The position numbers and the translations under genes are program-made. Below, one piece after another: positions 19,475 through 29,263 of a stretch of DNA of 64,000 nt. Within the stretch, counting starts at the first letter, position 1. Every line of letters starts with the position of its first letter. The notes under the pieces are model-generated. The model did not search any database. It worked only from the letters and a program-made list of their open reading frames with translations, and had not been told where the DNA came from. The stretch is from Parcubacteria group bacterium (GTDB lineage Bacteria > Patescibacteriota > Minisyncoccia > Phycocordibacterales > CSBR16-119): assembly GCA_943356745.1 (NCBI GenBank), contig CALRFT010000001.1, positions 207,193 to 271,192 of the forward strand. The letters run 5' to 3'.

Positions 19475-21535
19475 ATGACTGAGACAATTTCAATAGTATT
19501 TTCACTATTCTCATTATTACTTATCACAAACATTATTTTCCTTGTTGCAAAACGAGGTTTTTTAAAGCAAATTCCCTACTCTGCACTTTTAGTGATTCTT
19601 GGAATTATTCTCGGGTTTGGAATGAAACATATTCCAGGACTTAGTTTCCTGCAGTCGTTTGAGCTCACACCAGATCTTCTTTTTTATGTTTTCCTACCGA
19701 TTCTTATTTTTGAATCTGCATACAATTTTCAAATTAGAAAATTTTATGAAAACATAATATCAATATCTCTTCTTTCAATTCTTGGCCTTTTTATCTCAAC
19801 ACTCGCGATTGGTTTTGGACTTCAGTTTATTTTAGGACTTATTGGTATTCAAGCTCCTCTTATTTATTTCCTCTTATTTGGCTCACTCATCTCAGCAACA
19901 GATCCGATCGCTGCACTTTCTCTATTCAAAAGTTCAGGTGCACCGCATCGTCTCTCTCTTATTTTCGAAGGTGAAAGTTTGTTTAATGATGGAACAGCAG
20001 TTTCAGTTTTTGCAATCTTACTCCTTGTTCTCATTGAAGGAACGGGAGCAATTTCAATTACAGAAGGATTCTCTTTGTTTATCATTATGATATTAGGAGG
20101 AGTTTTAGCGGGAATTCTACTTGGAAAAATATTTTCTTTCATACTTCGTTTTTCATCAAAATATGAAACTGTCACACTTTCTCTTATGCTTGTAATGGCA
20201 CATCTTGTATTTCTTGGAAGCGAACTTTTCAATGAACACATGATGCATATTGGAAGTTTGGTAAAAATATCTCCAATCATCGCAACAACTATTGCCTCGC
20301 TCGAACTTGGAAACAACGGACGATATCATATTTCACCACGAGCGGAACATTTCATAGAAAAATATTGGGAACAAATCGCATTCATGGTTAACTCAATTAT
20401 TTTCCTCTTGGTTGGTATCATGACAATTTCTAATAATCTTTGGAGTACAGAGATTATTATCCCGTCACTAATTACTGTAGTAATTGTAACTCTCGCGCGA
20501 ATTGTTTCAGTCTTCCCAACTGTTGGGCTACTCAATATTCTGAGGATTGAATCGAAAATTTCTTTACCATGGACAAAGATGCTTGCTTGGGGTGGTCTTC
20601 GCGGCGCACTTGCACTTATCGTTGTTCTGACAATCCCAGATTCATTTACAATAGCAAATTGGAACTATGTCATTTCTCCAAAAGATTTTCTTGTTGTTCT
20701 CACTCTTGTCACAGTTGTGAGTTCACTGGTAATAAAATCAGCAACTATAAAATTCTTTATGAAGAAACTTGGAATCTTGAAACTATCAGCTTCTGATTCT
20801 GTACGAGTTGAAGAATCACTATCTTTCCTCGCAACACTCAAACTTGAAAAACTCGAAAAGAGTTTCTCAAAAGGATATGTTGATCAAGAAACATATGAAT
20901 TCTTAAAACAAGAACTTCGAGACTCTATAAACCAGGTTGAAAAAGGACAAGGAAAAGAAGTGTTTGAGTCAATGCTTCAATCATACGCGATTGGAATTGA
21001 GAGATATTTCCTTCAAGAAATATATGCCCGAGGAGAAGTAACAGAACGAGTATACAGAAGAATTCTTCTCAAGCTTGAAATACAACAAGAAAAAATGAAA
21101 CAGGAATTTCTATCAAATGGAAGTACAAGTTTGTCACGTGCCCTTGTCGCAGAAAGAATGGACAAGGTTCGAGGAAGACTTGCTCGAAATGCAAGCAAAA
21201 ACTTTTCTATTGAAGAAAAGTTTATGTACTACCGAGCCCTGGCAATCATTGCACGAAAAGCAATTAAAGAAATATCGAGTAAGCAATTTGCTTGTGGAGA
21301 TGAAACTGTTATTAAAAAAGTTCTTGAAAAATACGAAGAACATAAAAAAGAAAATAATATCTATGCAGAAAATCTCAAAAGAGACCACAGAGATATTGTT
21401 CTTAAAATATCGACATCGCTCGCAAGAAAACAACTATATGATTTTGGGATTGGGATTCTAGAAAGACTTAAAAAAACTGATTTTATTTCCCCAAGAGTAC
21501 ATGCTATTTTGAATAATAAGATACAGGAAAAATAA
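19475..21535 (+). CDS. CPA1 Na+/H+ antiporter (NhaP-like)
   Basis: FLPILIFESA, ISATDPIA, EGESLFNDG, WGGLRGA. Confidence 0.93.
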   Translation: MTETISIVFSLFSLLLITNIIFLVAKRGFLKQIPYSALLVILGIILGFGMKHIPGLSFLQSFELTPDLLFYVFLPILIFESAYNFQIRKFYENIISISLLSILGLFISTLAIGFGLQFILGLIGIQAPLIYFLLFGSLISATDPIAALSLFKSSGAPHRLSLIFEGESLFNDGTAVSVFAILLLVLIEGTGAISITEGFSLFIIMILGGVLAGILLGKIFSFILRFSSKYETVTLSLMLVMAHLVFLGSELFNEHMMHIGSLVKISPIIATTIASLELGNNGRYHISPRAEHFIEKYWEQIAFMVNSIIFLLVGIMTISNNLWSTEIIIPSLITVVIVTLARIVSVFPTVGLLNILRIESKISLPWTKMLAWGGLRGALALIVVLTIPDSFTIANWNYVISPKDFLVVLTLVTVVSSLVIKSATIKFFMKKLGILKLSASDSVRVEESLSFLATLKLEKLEKSFSKGYVDQETYEFLKQELRDSINQVEKGQGKEVFESMLQSYAIGIERYFLQEIYARGEVTERVYRRILLKLEIQQEKMKQEFLSNGSTSLSRALVAERMDKVRGRLARNASKNFSIEEKFMYYRALAIIARKAIKEISSKQFACGDETVIKKVLEKYEEHKKENNIYAENLKRDHRDIVLKISTSLARKQLYDFGIGILERLKKTDFISPRVHAILNNKIQEK

Positions 21536-21563
21536 AAAACCCGCATATGCGGGTTTTTTATTT

Positions 21564-23153
21564 TTAATCTTCATTATCATCGTCATCTTTTCCTTTTCCA
21601 GAATTATCATTATCGTCTTGATCATCCTCTTCGTCTTCATTATCATCTTCTTCATCGTCATCGTTGTTATCGTCGTCAGAATCATTACTGTCATTGTTAT
21701 CAGAATCATCATCTGAATCATTACTGTCATCATCTGAGTCGTCGTTTCCATTTACATCACAATCTTCAGCGTCTCGCCATTCACCTCGACAAAAAACTTC
21801 ATCATCATTTTCTCGAATATCATTTCCATGGTTTTGATCTGAATTGTCATCATCCTCGTCATCATAATTATCGTCAAAATCATCATTATCATCTGAATTA
21901 TCGTCATTTGAATTGTTATTTGATTTTGAACCTTCTGTCTTTATTTCGATTTCACCATCCTCCACTTCAATCTTTACCCCATCTTCAGTTCTCATTTCAA
22001 TTTCAAGATTTGGATTAATAGCAAAAATTGCCATAATTGAACTCAATGTTGTGGTAAGTCTATCTTTTTCTTCTTGGCTTAAATTTGAACTTTCAACAAA
22101 ACTTGTTACATCAGAAAGAGAGCCTTCAAATTCTTGTTTTTGTCTCTCTGACTTAAACCCTATAGGAGTTACACTATTAAGGAATCTTTTATCATCTGGT
22201 CGAGAAATTCTATTTTCATTTTCAAACGAAAAATTCATATTTATCTGATCAAGAGATAGTTTATACCTTTCTTGAATTTCAGAGATAATTTGATCTTTAT
22301 CTTGAGATGCTGTTATAAAACCATATTTTTTGTCATCAGCTTCGATTGAAATTGTAGATTCATTAGTAAACACATCAATTTCAACTTCAACAATTTTTGC
22401 TGAACTTAGATCTATAGAAATAGTTTGGCTATTTTTAGCAATAACTTCTCCAACCTCTGCAAGTCTTTCTTCTGCAAATCGAACCTTTAATTCACTTTTC
22501 TTTTCTTCATCACCAACTAGTTTAATTTGAATATTCTCTACGACTTGTTCAACTGGATATAAAATATCTCCTGGAATCGCATCATTTGAAGCGACCACAA
22601 CTCCCCCTCCTCCTAAAATAACCACAAGTGCTAACAATGTTGCTATCATATGTTTTTTTGAAAAAAATAATACTAATAAATTTTTTGGTGCATCTTTTTG
22701 TTTTGAAATAATAGAAAGCCAAACAGAATTTTTTTCTGCCTCTGTCATAGATTGAACCTCTACGGGCTGAATGACTAGTTTTTCTTTATCCTTCAAACGA
22801 CCCAATGTTTGAAGTAAAAATCTATAGTCTTCTTTTGGTTCTTCCTCTGAAGGAATATCATATATTTCCTCGAGAGGAACCGTTTGTATTTTTCTCAATC
22901 TTCTTTTAAAAATTCTTCTCCTTACAACAGTCCAAAGATAACTCATAAAGTGTTCATCACTTATATAGACAAACTTTGGAAGTGATGAAAATAATGAAAG
23001 GTAAATTTCTTGAACAATTTCTTTTGCATCATCACGATTTTGAACTCGAACCAAGACATAGGAAAAAATACGATCGACTGTTCTATCGTATAATTCCCTA
23101 AATAAGGTTTCGTCATGACGCACACCTTCAAGTAATTCTTTCCATGTATTCAT
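21564..23153 (-). CDS. ECF sigma (region 2, region 4 missing) fused to TM + DUF5667-like anti-sigma with Asp-rich tail
   Basis: FRELYD...DAKEIVQEIYL...F.SYLWTVVRR (sigma2); TM helix; A.PGD.LYPV...E.I...L...F..ERL.E; D/N-rich C-terminus. Confidence 0.75.
   Translation of the reverse strand: MNTWKELLEGVRHDETLFRELYDRTVDRIFSYVLVRVQNRDDAKEIVQEIYLSLFSSLPKFVYISDEHFMSYLWTVVRRRIFKRRLRKIQTVPLEEIYDIPSEEEPKEDYRFLLQTLGRLKDKEKLVIQPVEVQSMTEAEKNSVWLSIISKQKDAPKNLLVLFFSKKHMIATLLALVVILGGGGVVVASNDAIPGDILYPVEQVVENIQIKLVGDEEKKSELKVRFAEERLAEVGEVIAKNSQTISIDLSSAKIVEVEIDVFTNESTISIEADDKKYGFITASQDKDQIISEIQERYKLSLDQINMNFSFENENRISRPDDKRFLNSVTPIGFKSERQKQEFEGSLSDVTSFVESSNLSQEEKDRLTTTLSSIMAIFAINPNLEIEMRTEDGVKIEVEDGEIEIKTEGSKSNNNSNDDNSDDNDDFDDNYDDEDDDNSDQNHGNDIRENDDEVFCRGEWRDAEDCDVNGNDDSDDDSNDSDDDSDNNDSNDSDDDNNDDDEEDDNEDEEDDQDDNDNSGKGKDDDDNED
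21570..21920 (-). repeat. low-complexity GAT/GAC/AAT codon repeats (Asp/Asn-rich tail)
   Basis: Visible tca/tcg/att triplet runs encoding DDSDDDSND... Confidence 0.85.
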
Positions 23154-23246
23154 ATCTTCCTACTTATTATATACCTTGATAACACAAAAAGGTTACAAGT
23201 TGCAACATATCCACACTTCACAAAATATAAACTTGATATAATAATT

Positions 23247-23334
23247 GTGCGTAAGCACCTAACAAACACTATTCATGTTCTTTGTATAGGACTTGTTCGC
23301 AAGGTCGAATTTTATATAAAATTCAGTCTATACA
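23247..23334 (+). promoter_or_regulatory. structured 5' leader of the Lys-rich micro-ORF
   Basis: TGATATAAT at 23234-23242; GTGC-GTAA-GCAC hairpin; outer stem TGTATAG(G)ACT/AGTCTATACA enclosing TTG-TTCG-CAA and GAATTTTAT/ATAAAATTC. Confidence 0.6.
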
Positions 23335-23343
23335 TTTATATTT

Positions 23344-23409
23344 ATGGCAGCAAAAAAGAAAGCAGCTAAAAAAGTTGCAAAGAAGAAAGTTGCAAAGAAA
23401 AAGAAATAG
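23344..23409 (+). CDS. 21-aa histone-H1-like peptide MAAKKKAAKKVAKKKVAKKKK
   Basis: Manual translation; promoter upstream, terminator at 23420-23449 downstream. Confidence 0.8.
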   Translation: MAAKKKAAKKVAKKKVAKKKK

Positions 23410-23449
23410 TTTTTCTTAATTTAAAAACCTCCATATGGAGGTTTTTAAA

Positions 23450-23695
23450 TTATATAAAAAATCTAATAAGAGCAATCAGAGCAATAACACCAAAGACTAT
23501 TTCAAGCAAAAGGTTTGAATAGTTTCTATCGGCAAATACTCGAATACCGAGAAGTATTGCAGCAAGTAAATTTGCAAATGGGTACCAAAAACCTGTTGAT
23601 GGAATAATACCAAATGAATTAAAAGCATATGCTGTCATGAGAACCACTGTTCCTACCCAACCTATTGTTTGTATAAGAATTGAATGTTTTTGCAT
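23450..23695 (-). CDS. small three-TM membrane protein (CBU_0592-like)
   Basis: IGWVG...AY...Y...NL pattern; follows htpX. Confidence 0.75.
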   Translation of the reverse strand: MQKHSILIQTIGWVGTVVLMTAYAFNSFGIIPSTGFWYPFANLLAAILLGIRVFADRNYSNLLLEIVFGVIALIALIRFFI

Positions 23696-23699
23696 AGTA

Positions 23700-24605
23700 T
23701 TATATTTGTCCACTTAATAAAGCCTTTACCCTCTCTTCTGTCGGTGGATGGGTACTCCACATTTTATTCCATCCTGCTTTTGCTTTTGCGCCAAATGGAT
23801 TTGCAATGTAAAGATGTGCCATTGCATGATTTGCTCGACGCATTTCACCTCCACGAGTTTTTGCATAGCCTTCAATTTTTTGAAGTGCTCCCGCAAGCCC
23901 TTCTGGATACCGAGTCATGAGCGCACCACCAGCGTCCGCCATAAATTCTCGTTTTCTTGAAATTGCAAAATGAATAAGCTGAGCAATAATCGGTGAGAGA
24001 ATTACAAATACAATTCCAACAATTGCAAGAATTCCACCGAGTTTGTTATCTCTATCATCTCTTCCACCTCCAAACAAAGAAGCTCGAAGAAACATATCTG
24101 AAATAATCGCAACAAATCCAACCAAAACCACAACCATTGTTGAAAGGAGCATGTCTTTGTGTTTAATGTGCGCAAGCTCATGAGCCAAGACACCTTCAAG
24201 TTCACTTTTTTCAAGAAGTGAAATAAGTCCAGTTGTCACAGCAACAAGTGCATGTTTTTCATTTCGTCCAGTTGCAAAAGCATTTGGCACACTGTCCTGT
24301 ATTATATAAAGTTTTGGTTTTTGCATTCCCTGTCCAATCGCAAGGTTTTCAAGCATGTTAGAGATTTCTCGATATTCCGAACCAGCTTCCTTTGCCCCTG
24401 ACATTGAAACTACAATTTTGTGAGAAAACCAATACGATCCAACGTTCATGACAACAGCAAAAAAGACAGCGAAATAGAGAATCGAGATATCACCAAAATA
24501 CTGTGAAAGGAACCAACCAAGTCCAATCACCACAAGCGCAAAAATGAGCACTAAGGCCCAGGTTTTTCGAATATTACTTCCTCTTTGTTGATATAGTGTT
24601 TTCAT
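23700..24605 (-). CDS. htpX: M48 zinc metalloprotease HtpX
   Basis: PNAFATGRN, VTTGL, HELAH, SRKREFMAD, STHPP..ERV. Confidence 0.96.
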   Translation of the reverse strand: MKTLYQQRGSNIRKTWALVLIFALVVIGLGWFLSQYFGDISILYFAVFFAVVMNVGSYWFSHKIVVSMSGAKEAGSEYREISNMLENLAIGQGMQKPKLYIIQDSVPNAFATGRNEKHALVAVTTGLISLLEKSELEGVLAHELAHIKHKDMLLSTMVVVLVGFVAIISDMFLRASLFGGGRDDRDNKLGGILAIVGIVFVILSPIIAQLIHFAISRKREFMADAGGALMTRYPEGLAGALQKIEGYAKTRGGEMRRANHAMAHLYIANPFGAKAKAGWNKMWSTHPPTEERVKALLSGQI

Positions 24606-24668
24606 AGCTAGGGATAGTATAAAGGAAAAATACAAAAGAAAAAAGCCCCGCCGAAGGCGGGGCTTTTT

Positions 24669-25223
24669 TTATTTCGCAAAATCAACTTTCACATTTTCTC
24701 TTTCCGGATTTCCTTCTGCGAGTTCGAAAAAGTCAGCTTTTGCAACTTTTGCAAGTTTTGCAATAAAATTACTTGGAATTGTTTCAATCTTAATATTCAA
24801 AGCTTTTACATTTCCATTATAGAATCGTCTTGCTGACTGAATTTTATTTTCTGTATCCGCAAGTTCTTTTTGAAGTTCCAAAAAGTTTGTATTTGCTTTT
24901 AGATCTGGATAATTTTCTGCAACCGCAAACAAAGATTTAAGCGCTCCTGTTAACATATTATCTGCATTACTGTGCTCTGCTACAGATCCAGCCTGCATCG
25001 CTTGTGAACGTGCCTCGGTTACCTTTGTAAACACTCCTTCTTCATGAGAAGCATATCCTTTAACAGTATTGATAAGATTTGGAATCAAATCGTATCGACG
25101 CTTAAGCTGTACATCGATATCTGCCCAGGCTTCATCTTTTTGTGTTCGAAGTCGTACAAATGAGTTATATGTTCCAATAGCCCAAAGTGCCACAACTCCA
25201 AGAATTATAATTACAATTAACAT
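24669..25223 (-). CDS. lemA: LemA family protein
   Basis: AWADIDVQLKRRYDLIPNL, AENYPDLKA, ARRFYN. Confidence 0.97.
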   Translation of the reverse strand: MLIVIIILGVVALWAIGTYNSFVRLRTQKDEAWADIDVQLKRRYDLIPNLINTVKGYASHEEGVFTKVTEARSQAMQAGSVAEHSNADNMLTGALKSLFAVAENYPDLKANTNFLELQKELADTENKIQSARRFYNGNVKALNIKIETIPSNFIAKLAKVAKADFFELAEGNPERENVKVDFAK

Positions 25224-25302
25224 AAGTTATTTTTATAAACTAATAATGGTTACAACTACTAAACTTGTTGAAATAACGAGAATAGTAAATTTTTTTATAA
25301 GG

Positions 25303-26193
25303 TTATTTATTTTTTTGCCATTCATACATTTGAACGAGTAAAGGACTTGCTAGAAAGATTGACGAATATGTTCCAAAAAACATTCCAAAAGTAAGTGTCA
25401 GAGCGAACATTTTTGTTGATTCTGGACCAAAAAATGCCAAGGCAAGAAGTACAACAATCGTAGAAAGTGAGGTATTGAGTGAACGAGCATATGATTGCTT
25501 AAGACTTTCCCCCACCACCAAACGAAATGGTTTTATCTGATCAACATTTCTTTGAATATTTTCTCTTATTCTATCAAAAATAACAATAGTATCGTTTACA
25601 GAAAGCCCAAGAATTGTTAGAAGTGCAACAATGAAAAGCATGTCTACTTCAGCTCCTGTAGTAATGCCAAGAATCGCAAATACTCCGGCCGTAAGCACAA
25701 CATCATGAACAAGTGTAATAATTGCCACAAAACCATATTTCCAAGATGAAACTGGTTTTGAAACCTTTCTGAATGTGTATGCAATGAAAAGAATAATCGC
25801 GATTGAAACTATGATCAGTGAATAAATCGCCTTTGTCTTAAGTTCGTGACCAATTGAAGGTCCGATTGAAGTAAACGAAATTTCTTCCATATCTCCATTC
25901 ACATTAAGAGCCTGCAGTAATTCTTGTTTTTCTGTTTCTTGAATATCTTTTGTCTTAACAATCAAAGTGGACTCTCCAGCAGGCTGAATAACAGCACTAA
26001 ATCCTGCATTTTGTATTGAATTTTCAATTTCTGAAATCTCTGGTCTTTGGTTCGAGTACGAAACCTCTAACATAGAACCTCCGGTAAATTCAATACTCGG
26101 TTTGAGTCCGTAGGTAAATATCAAAACGATAGATACTATTACTAAAGAAAGCGATGATAGGAGAAATATTTTTTTATTTTGTATTGCGAACAT
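25303..26193 (-). CDS. secF: protein translocase subunit SecF
   Basis: SIEFTGGS, IGPSIG, HDV, SVNDTIVIFDRIRE, GTYSSIF. Confidence 0.96.
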   Translation of the reverse strand: MFAIQNKKIFLLSSLSLVIVSIVLIFTYGLKPSIEFTGGSMLEVSYSNQRPEISEIENSIQNAGFSAVIQPAGESTLIVKTKDIQETEKQELLQALNVNGDMEEISFTSIGPSIGHELKTKAIYSLIIVSIAIILFIAYTFRKVSKPVSSWKYGFVAIITLVHDVVLTAGVFAILGITTGAEVDMLFIVALLTILGLSVNDTIVIFDRIRENIQRNVDQIKPFRLVVGESLKQSYARSLNTSLSTIVVLLALAFFGPESTKMFALTLTFGMFFGTYSSIFLASPLLVQMYEWQKNK

Positions 26194-26196
26194 ATA

Positions 26197-27546
26197 TTAT
26201 CGAGAAAATCCATTACCAAATAAAAATCTGAGGCGTTTAGTATCTTTTGTACCAGCAATCGCAAGCATAAAGATTCTTGTTACTGTAATTGCGGTAATCA
26301 TTGAGATAATAATTCCCAAACCAAATGTAATTGCAAATCCTTTGATAAGGTTTGAACCGAACCAAAACAATATAACCGCAGTAATCAAACCTGAAAGATT
26401 TGAATCTCGAATTGAAAGCCAGGCTCTATCAAACCCTTCTTGTATTGCTTCTTTTAAAGTTTTTCCATTTCTCAACTCCTCTTTTAATCTTTCTGAAATC
26501 AGCACATTCGCATCAACAGCAACCCCAAGAGAAATGATAAACCCAGCAATTCCTGCAGCGGTAAGTGTGATTGGAATTATTTTCATAAAGGCAAACATAA
26601 TAACTCCATATACCAAAAGTGCAAATATTGCGATAAATCCTGGAAGTCTGTACCACACAAGAAAAAATAAAGCGAGCACAAGTAATCCAATTAATCCAGC
26701 TTGAATTCCTGCTTGAATAGCAGAAGCACCAAGCGATGCACCAATGGTTTGAGTTCCGATCTCCTCAATTGGAACTGGAAGTGCCCCAAAGGTTAGCTGA
26801 CGAGCAAGTTCTTTTGCTTGTTCAGGAGTAAAGTCTCCAGAAATAACAGCTTCCCCTCCAGTAATTTCTTCTCTGATAATTGGATTTGAAATTGGAACTC
26901 CGTCAAGGAAAATCGCAAGTTCTCTTCCAATATTTTCTCGAGTTATTTTACTAAACAAAGCTTCGCCTTCCTCATTAAATTGAAGGGTTACTATTGATTG
27001 ATTTGCTGGAGTATATCCACCCTGAGCGCCCGTTGGAACAAATTGAAGAGATGCAGATTCAAGATATCGACCAGTAAGTTCTGTTGGGACGTAGATATCG
27101 TCAAAGTTAACAGTTTCTGGATTAAGTGAAGATAAATCAATATCATCTCTTAAAAGCTTAAACTCAAGAATAGGAGTTTCGCCAATTTGTTTTTTTGCTT
27201 CTACAACATTTGTAACCCCAGGAAGTTCAATCAAAATTCTATATTCTCCCTGATTCGCAAAGTTCGCTTCTTGAATTTGAACATTTGTTTCCTCTTGCCC
27301 AAGTGGGTTGATTCGACGCTCAATGACTGTTTTTAAGGTCTCCATAGCATCTTCAACCTCAGATTCATCAAGCTCTGAAATATCGGCTCGATATGTGATT
27401 TGAGTACCCCCTGCAAGATCAAGACCAAGCGAAAAAGGATATTTTACCTTTTCTGCACCAGAAAGACCTGGTTCGTTTTTATAGACAAAAAAACCTATTA
27501 AAAAGGTCACTAAAAGGATAAAAATAGCTAATATTCTTGTTTTCAT
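26197..27546 (-). CDS. secD: protein translocase subunit SecD
   Basis: LGLDLAGG, GALPVP, IGASLG, AVDANVLI.ER.KEE. Confidence 0.96.
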   Translation of the reverse strand: MKTRILAIFILLVTFLIGFFVYKNEPGLSGAEKVKYPFSLGLDLAGGTQITYRADISELDESEVEDAMETLKTVIERRINPLGQEETNVQIQEANFANQGEYRILIELPGVTNVVEAKKQIGETPILEFKLLRDDIDLSSLNPETVNFDDIYVPTELTGRYLESASLQFVPTGAQGGYTPANQSIVTLQFNEEGEALFSKITRENIGRELAIFLDGVPISNPIIREEITGGEAVISGDFTPEQAKELARQLTFGALPVPIEEIGTQTIGASLGASAIQAGIQAGLIGLLVLALFFLVWYRLPGFIAIFALLVYGVIMFAFMKIIPITLTAAGIAGFIISLGVAVDANVLISERLKEELRNGKTLKEAIQEGFDRAWLSIRDSNLSGLITAVILFWFGSNLIKGFAITFGLGIIISMITAITVTRIFMLAIAGTKDTKRLRFLFGNGFSR

Positions 27547-27567
27547 GCGTCTATTGTACTTCTTTCG

Positions 27568-28104
27568 CTAGGAATTAGTACTTGACTCAGGTTCATTTCT
27601 TATGATCTTTCTATAAAACCAAACTGAAAGTAAACCGAACAAAGTACCCAAAACCCAACCGCCAATAATATCGTACATTGAATGTACTCCTGCAATAATT
27701 CTTGAAACCCCGATTAGAAATGATGTAACAACAAAAAACAATGCGATATTTCTTGTAAAGAAAAAAGACAACACTGTCATAGTTGCAAAAAAGAATGCAT
27801 GACTCGAAGGAAAAGAACCAAAACCATAGGTAACAAAAAGCGGTTCAATAGTTTGAAACATCTCAAAAGGTCTTTTAACATTAAACAATATTTTTAGACC
27901 AGGATTTAAAAAGGCAGCAATAACAAGAATTGTGGTAGAAAAAAAGAAAGGTTGAATTGTTCTTTTATAAGAAAAAACTATAAAAATCAAAAATATCAAA
28001 CCAACAAACCAGGGAATCATTTCAGCAAAAACAAGTACAAGCGCATCAAAAAAGAAACTCTCTCCAAGTAAATCATTCAATAAATGAGTAATAAAATAAT
28101 TCAT
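27568..28104 (-). CDS. PAP2 family phosphatase (undecaprenyl-diphosphatase-like)
   Basis: K......RP, SFPSSH, SRI..GVH...DI. Confidence 0.9.
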   Translation of the reverse strand: MNYFITHLLNDLLGESFFFDALVLVFAEMIPWFVGLIFLIFIVFSYKRTIQPFFFSTTILVIAAFLNPGLKILFNVKRPFEMFQTIEPLFVTYGFGSFPSSHAFFFATMTVLSFFFTRNIALFFVVTSFLIGVSRIIAGVHSMYDIIGGWVLGTLFGLLSVWFYRKIIRNEPESSTNS

Positions 28105-28141
28105 AAATATATTGTAACACTCATATACAAAGAAAATTTAT

Positions 28142-29263
28142 CTACATCCCAAGAAACTCTTTTGACATATCATCTTTGTGTATTGATCGTTCATTTTTTC
28201 GAAGCCCCATCAGAATACCGAGAGCGATAAATGAAGAAAGTAGATGTGACCCACCATGTGACATAAAAGGCAAGGTAATTCCAGTTACTGGCATGAGGCC
28301 AATATTCATTCCAATATTGATAATAATATGAGCAACAAACATAATTGCTATTCCCAAAGCAAACAGTATTTCAAAATTAGAAGCTCCATACTGCGCTGTT
28401 CGAAGAATTCTCCATATAATCAACATATAGAGGAGGATAACCAAGACAGACCCTATGAAACCCCATTCTTCCGCATATGCAGCAAAAATAAAATCTGTTT
28501 GATACTCTGGAAGAAATTGAAGTCGCGACTGAGTCCCATACCCAACACCTTTTCCAAGAAACTCTCCCGAACCGACAGCAATTGTCGATTGATATGCGTT
28601 ATATCCAGTTCCCTGAATATCAGCAAGAGGATGAAGAAAACTTAAAATACGATTTTTTTGATAATCCTGAAGAACACCAAACCACATAACAAGAAAAGTA
28701 ATAATACCGAGCCCAACCACTATTCCAAGATGTTTTTTTGAAATACCTGAGACGAGCGTCATTCCAAACCAAATAATAAATATAATAAGAGCTGATCCAA
28801 AGTCGGGTTGGAGAAAAACCAAAATAAAAGGAATAAGCATGTATATAGCGGAAATAAAAATATGCTTAATATTTTTAATTTCAACATGTCTTCTTGAGAA
28901 ATATTTAGCCAAAACCAATATGAGGGTAAGTTTCATAAACTCAACTGGTTGAAATGCGAAAAAACCAAGATCGAACCAACCCTTTGCTCCTTTAATAGTG
29001 CTTCCCAGGAAAAATAGAAGTATTAAAAGTAAAACAAAAAAACCATAGATACCCAGAAGAAGATTACTCTGTTTCAAAAAACGAAAGTCAACGAAAGATA
29101 ATCCGAAAAAAAATCCAAAAGAAATAATCACCCAGATAAATTGACGCAAGAAGAAAGAACCTTCTCCAGTAAAAGAAGACATAGTAACTAAACCAGCACC
29201 GAGTATAGGTAAGGTAAACAGGACTAGAAGCCAATCAATTTTTGCATTTCTTTTTTCTATCAT
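28142..29263 (-). CDS. rodA: SEDS glycosyltransferase RodA
   Basis: QPVEFMK, QPDFGSA, AVGSG...GKG...GTQ, LPEYQTDFIF, PVTGITLPF.S.GGS. Confidence 0.92.
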   Translation of the reverse strand: MIEKRNAKIDWLLVLFTLPILGAGLVTMSSFTGEGSFFLRQFIWVIISFGFFFGLSFVDFRFLKQSNLLLGIYGFFVLLLILLFFLGSTIKGAKGWFDLGFFAFQPVEFMKLTLILVLAKYFSRRHVEIKNIKHIFISAIYMLIPFILVFLQPDFGSALIIFIIWFGMTLVSGISKKHLGIVVGLGIITFLVMWFGVLQDYQKNRILSFLHPLADIQGTGYNAYQSTIAVGSGEFLGKGVGYGTQSRLQFLPEYQTDFIFAAYAEEWGFIGSVLVILLYMLIIWRILRTAQYGASNFEILFALGIAIMFVAHIIINIGMNIGLMPVTGITLPFMSHGGSHLLSSFIALGILMGLRKNERSIHKDDMSKEFLGM

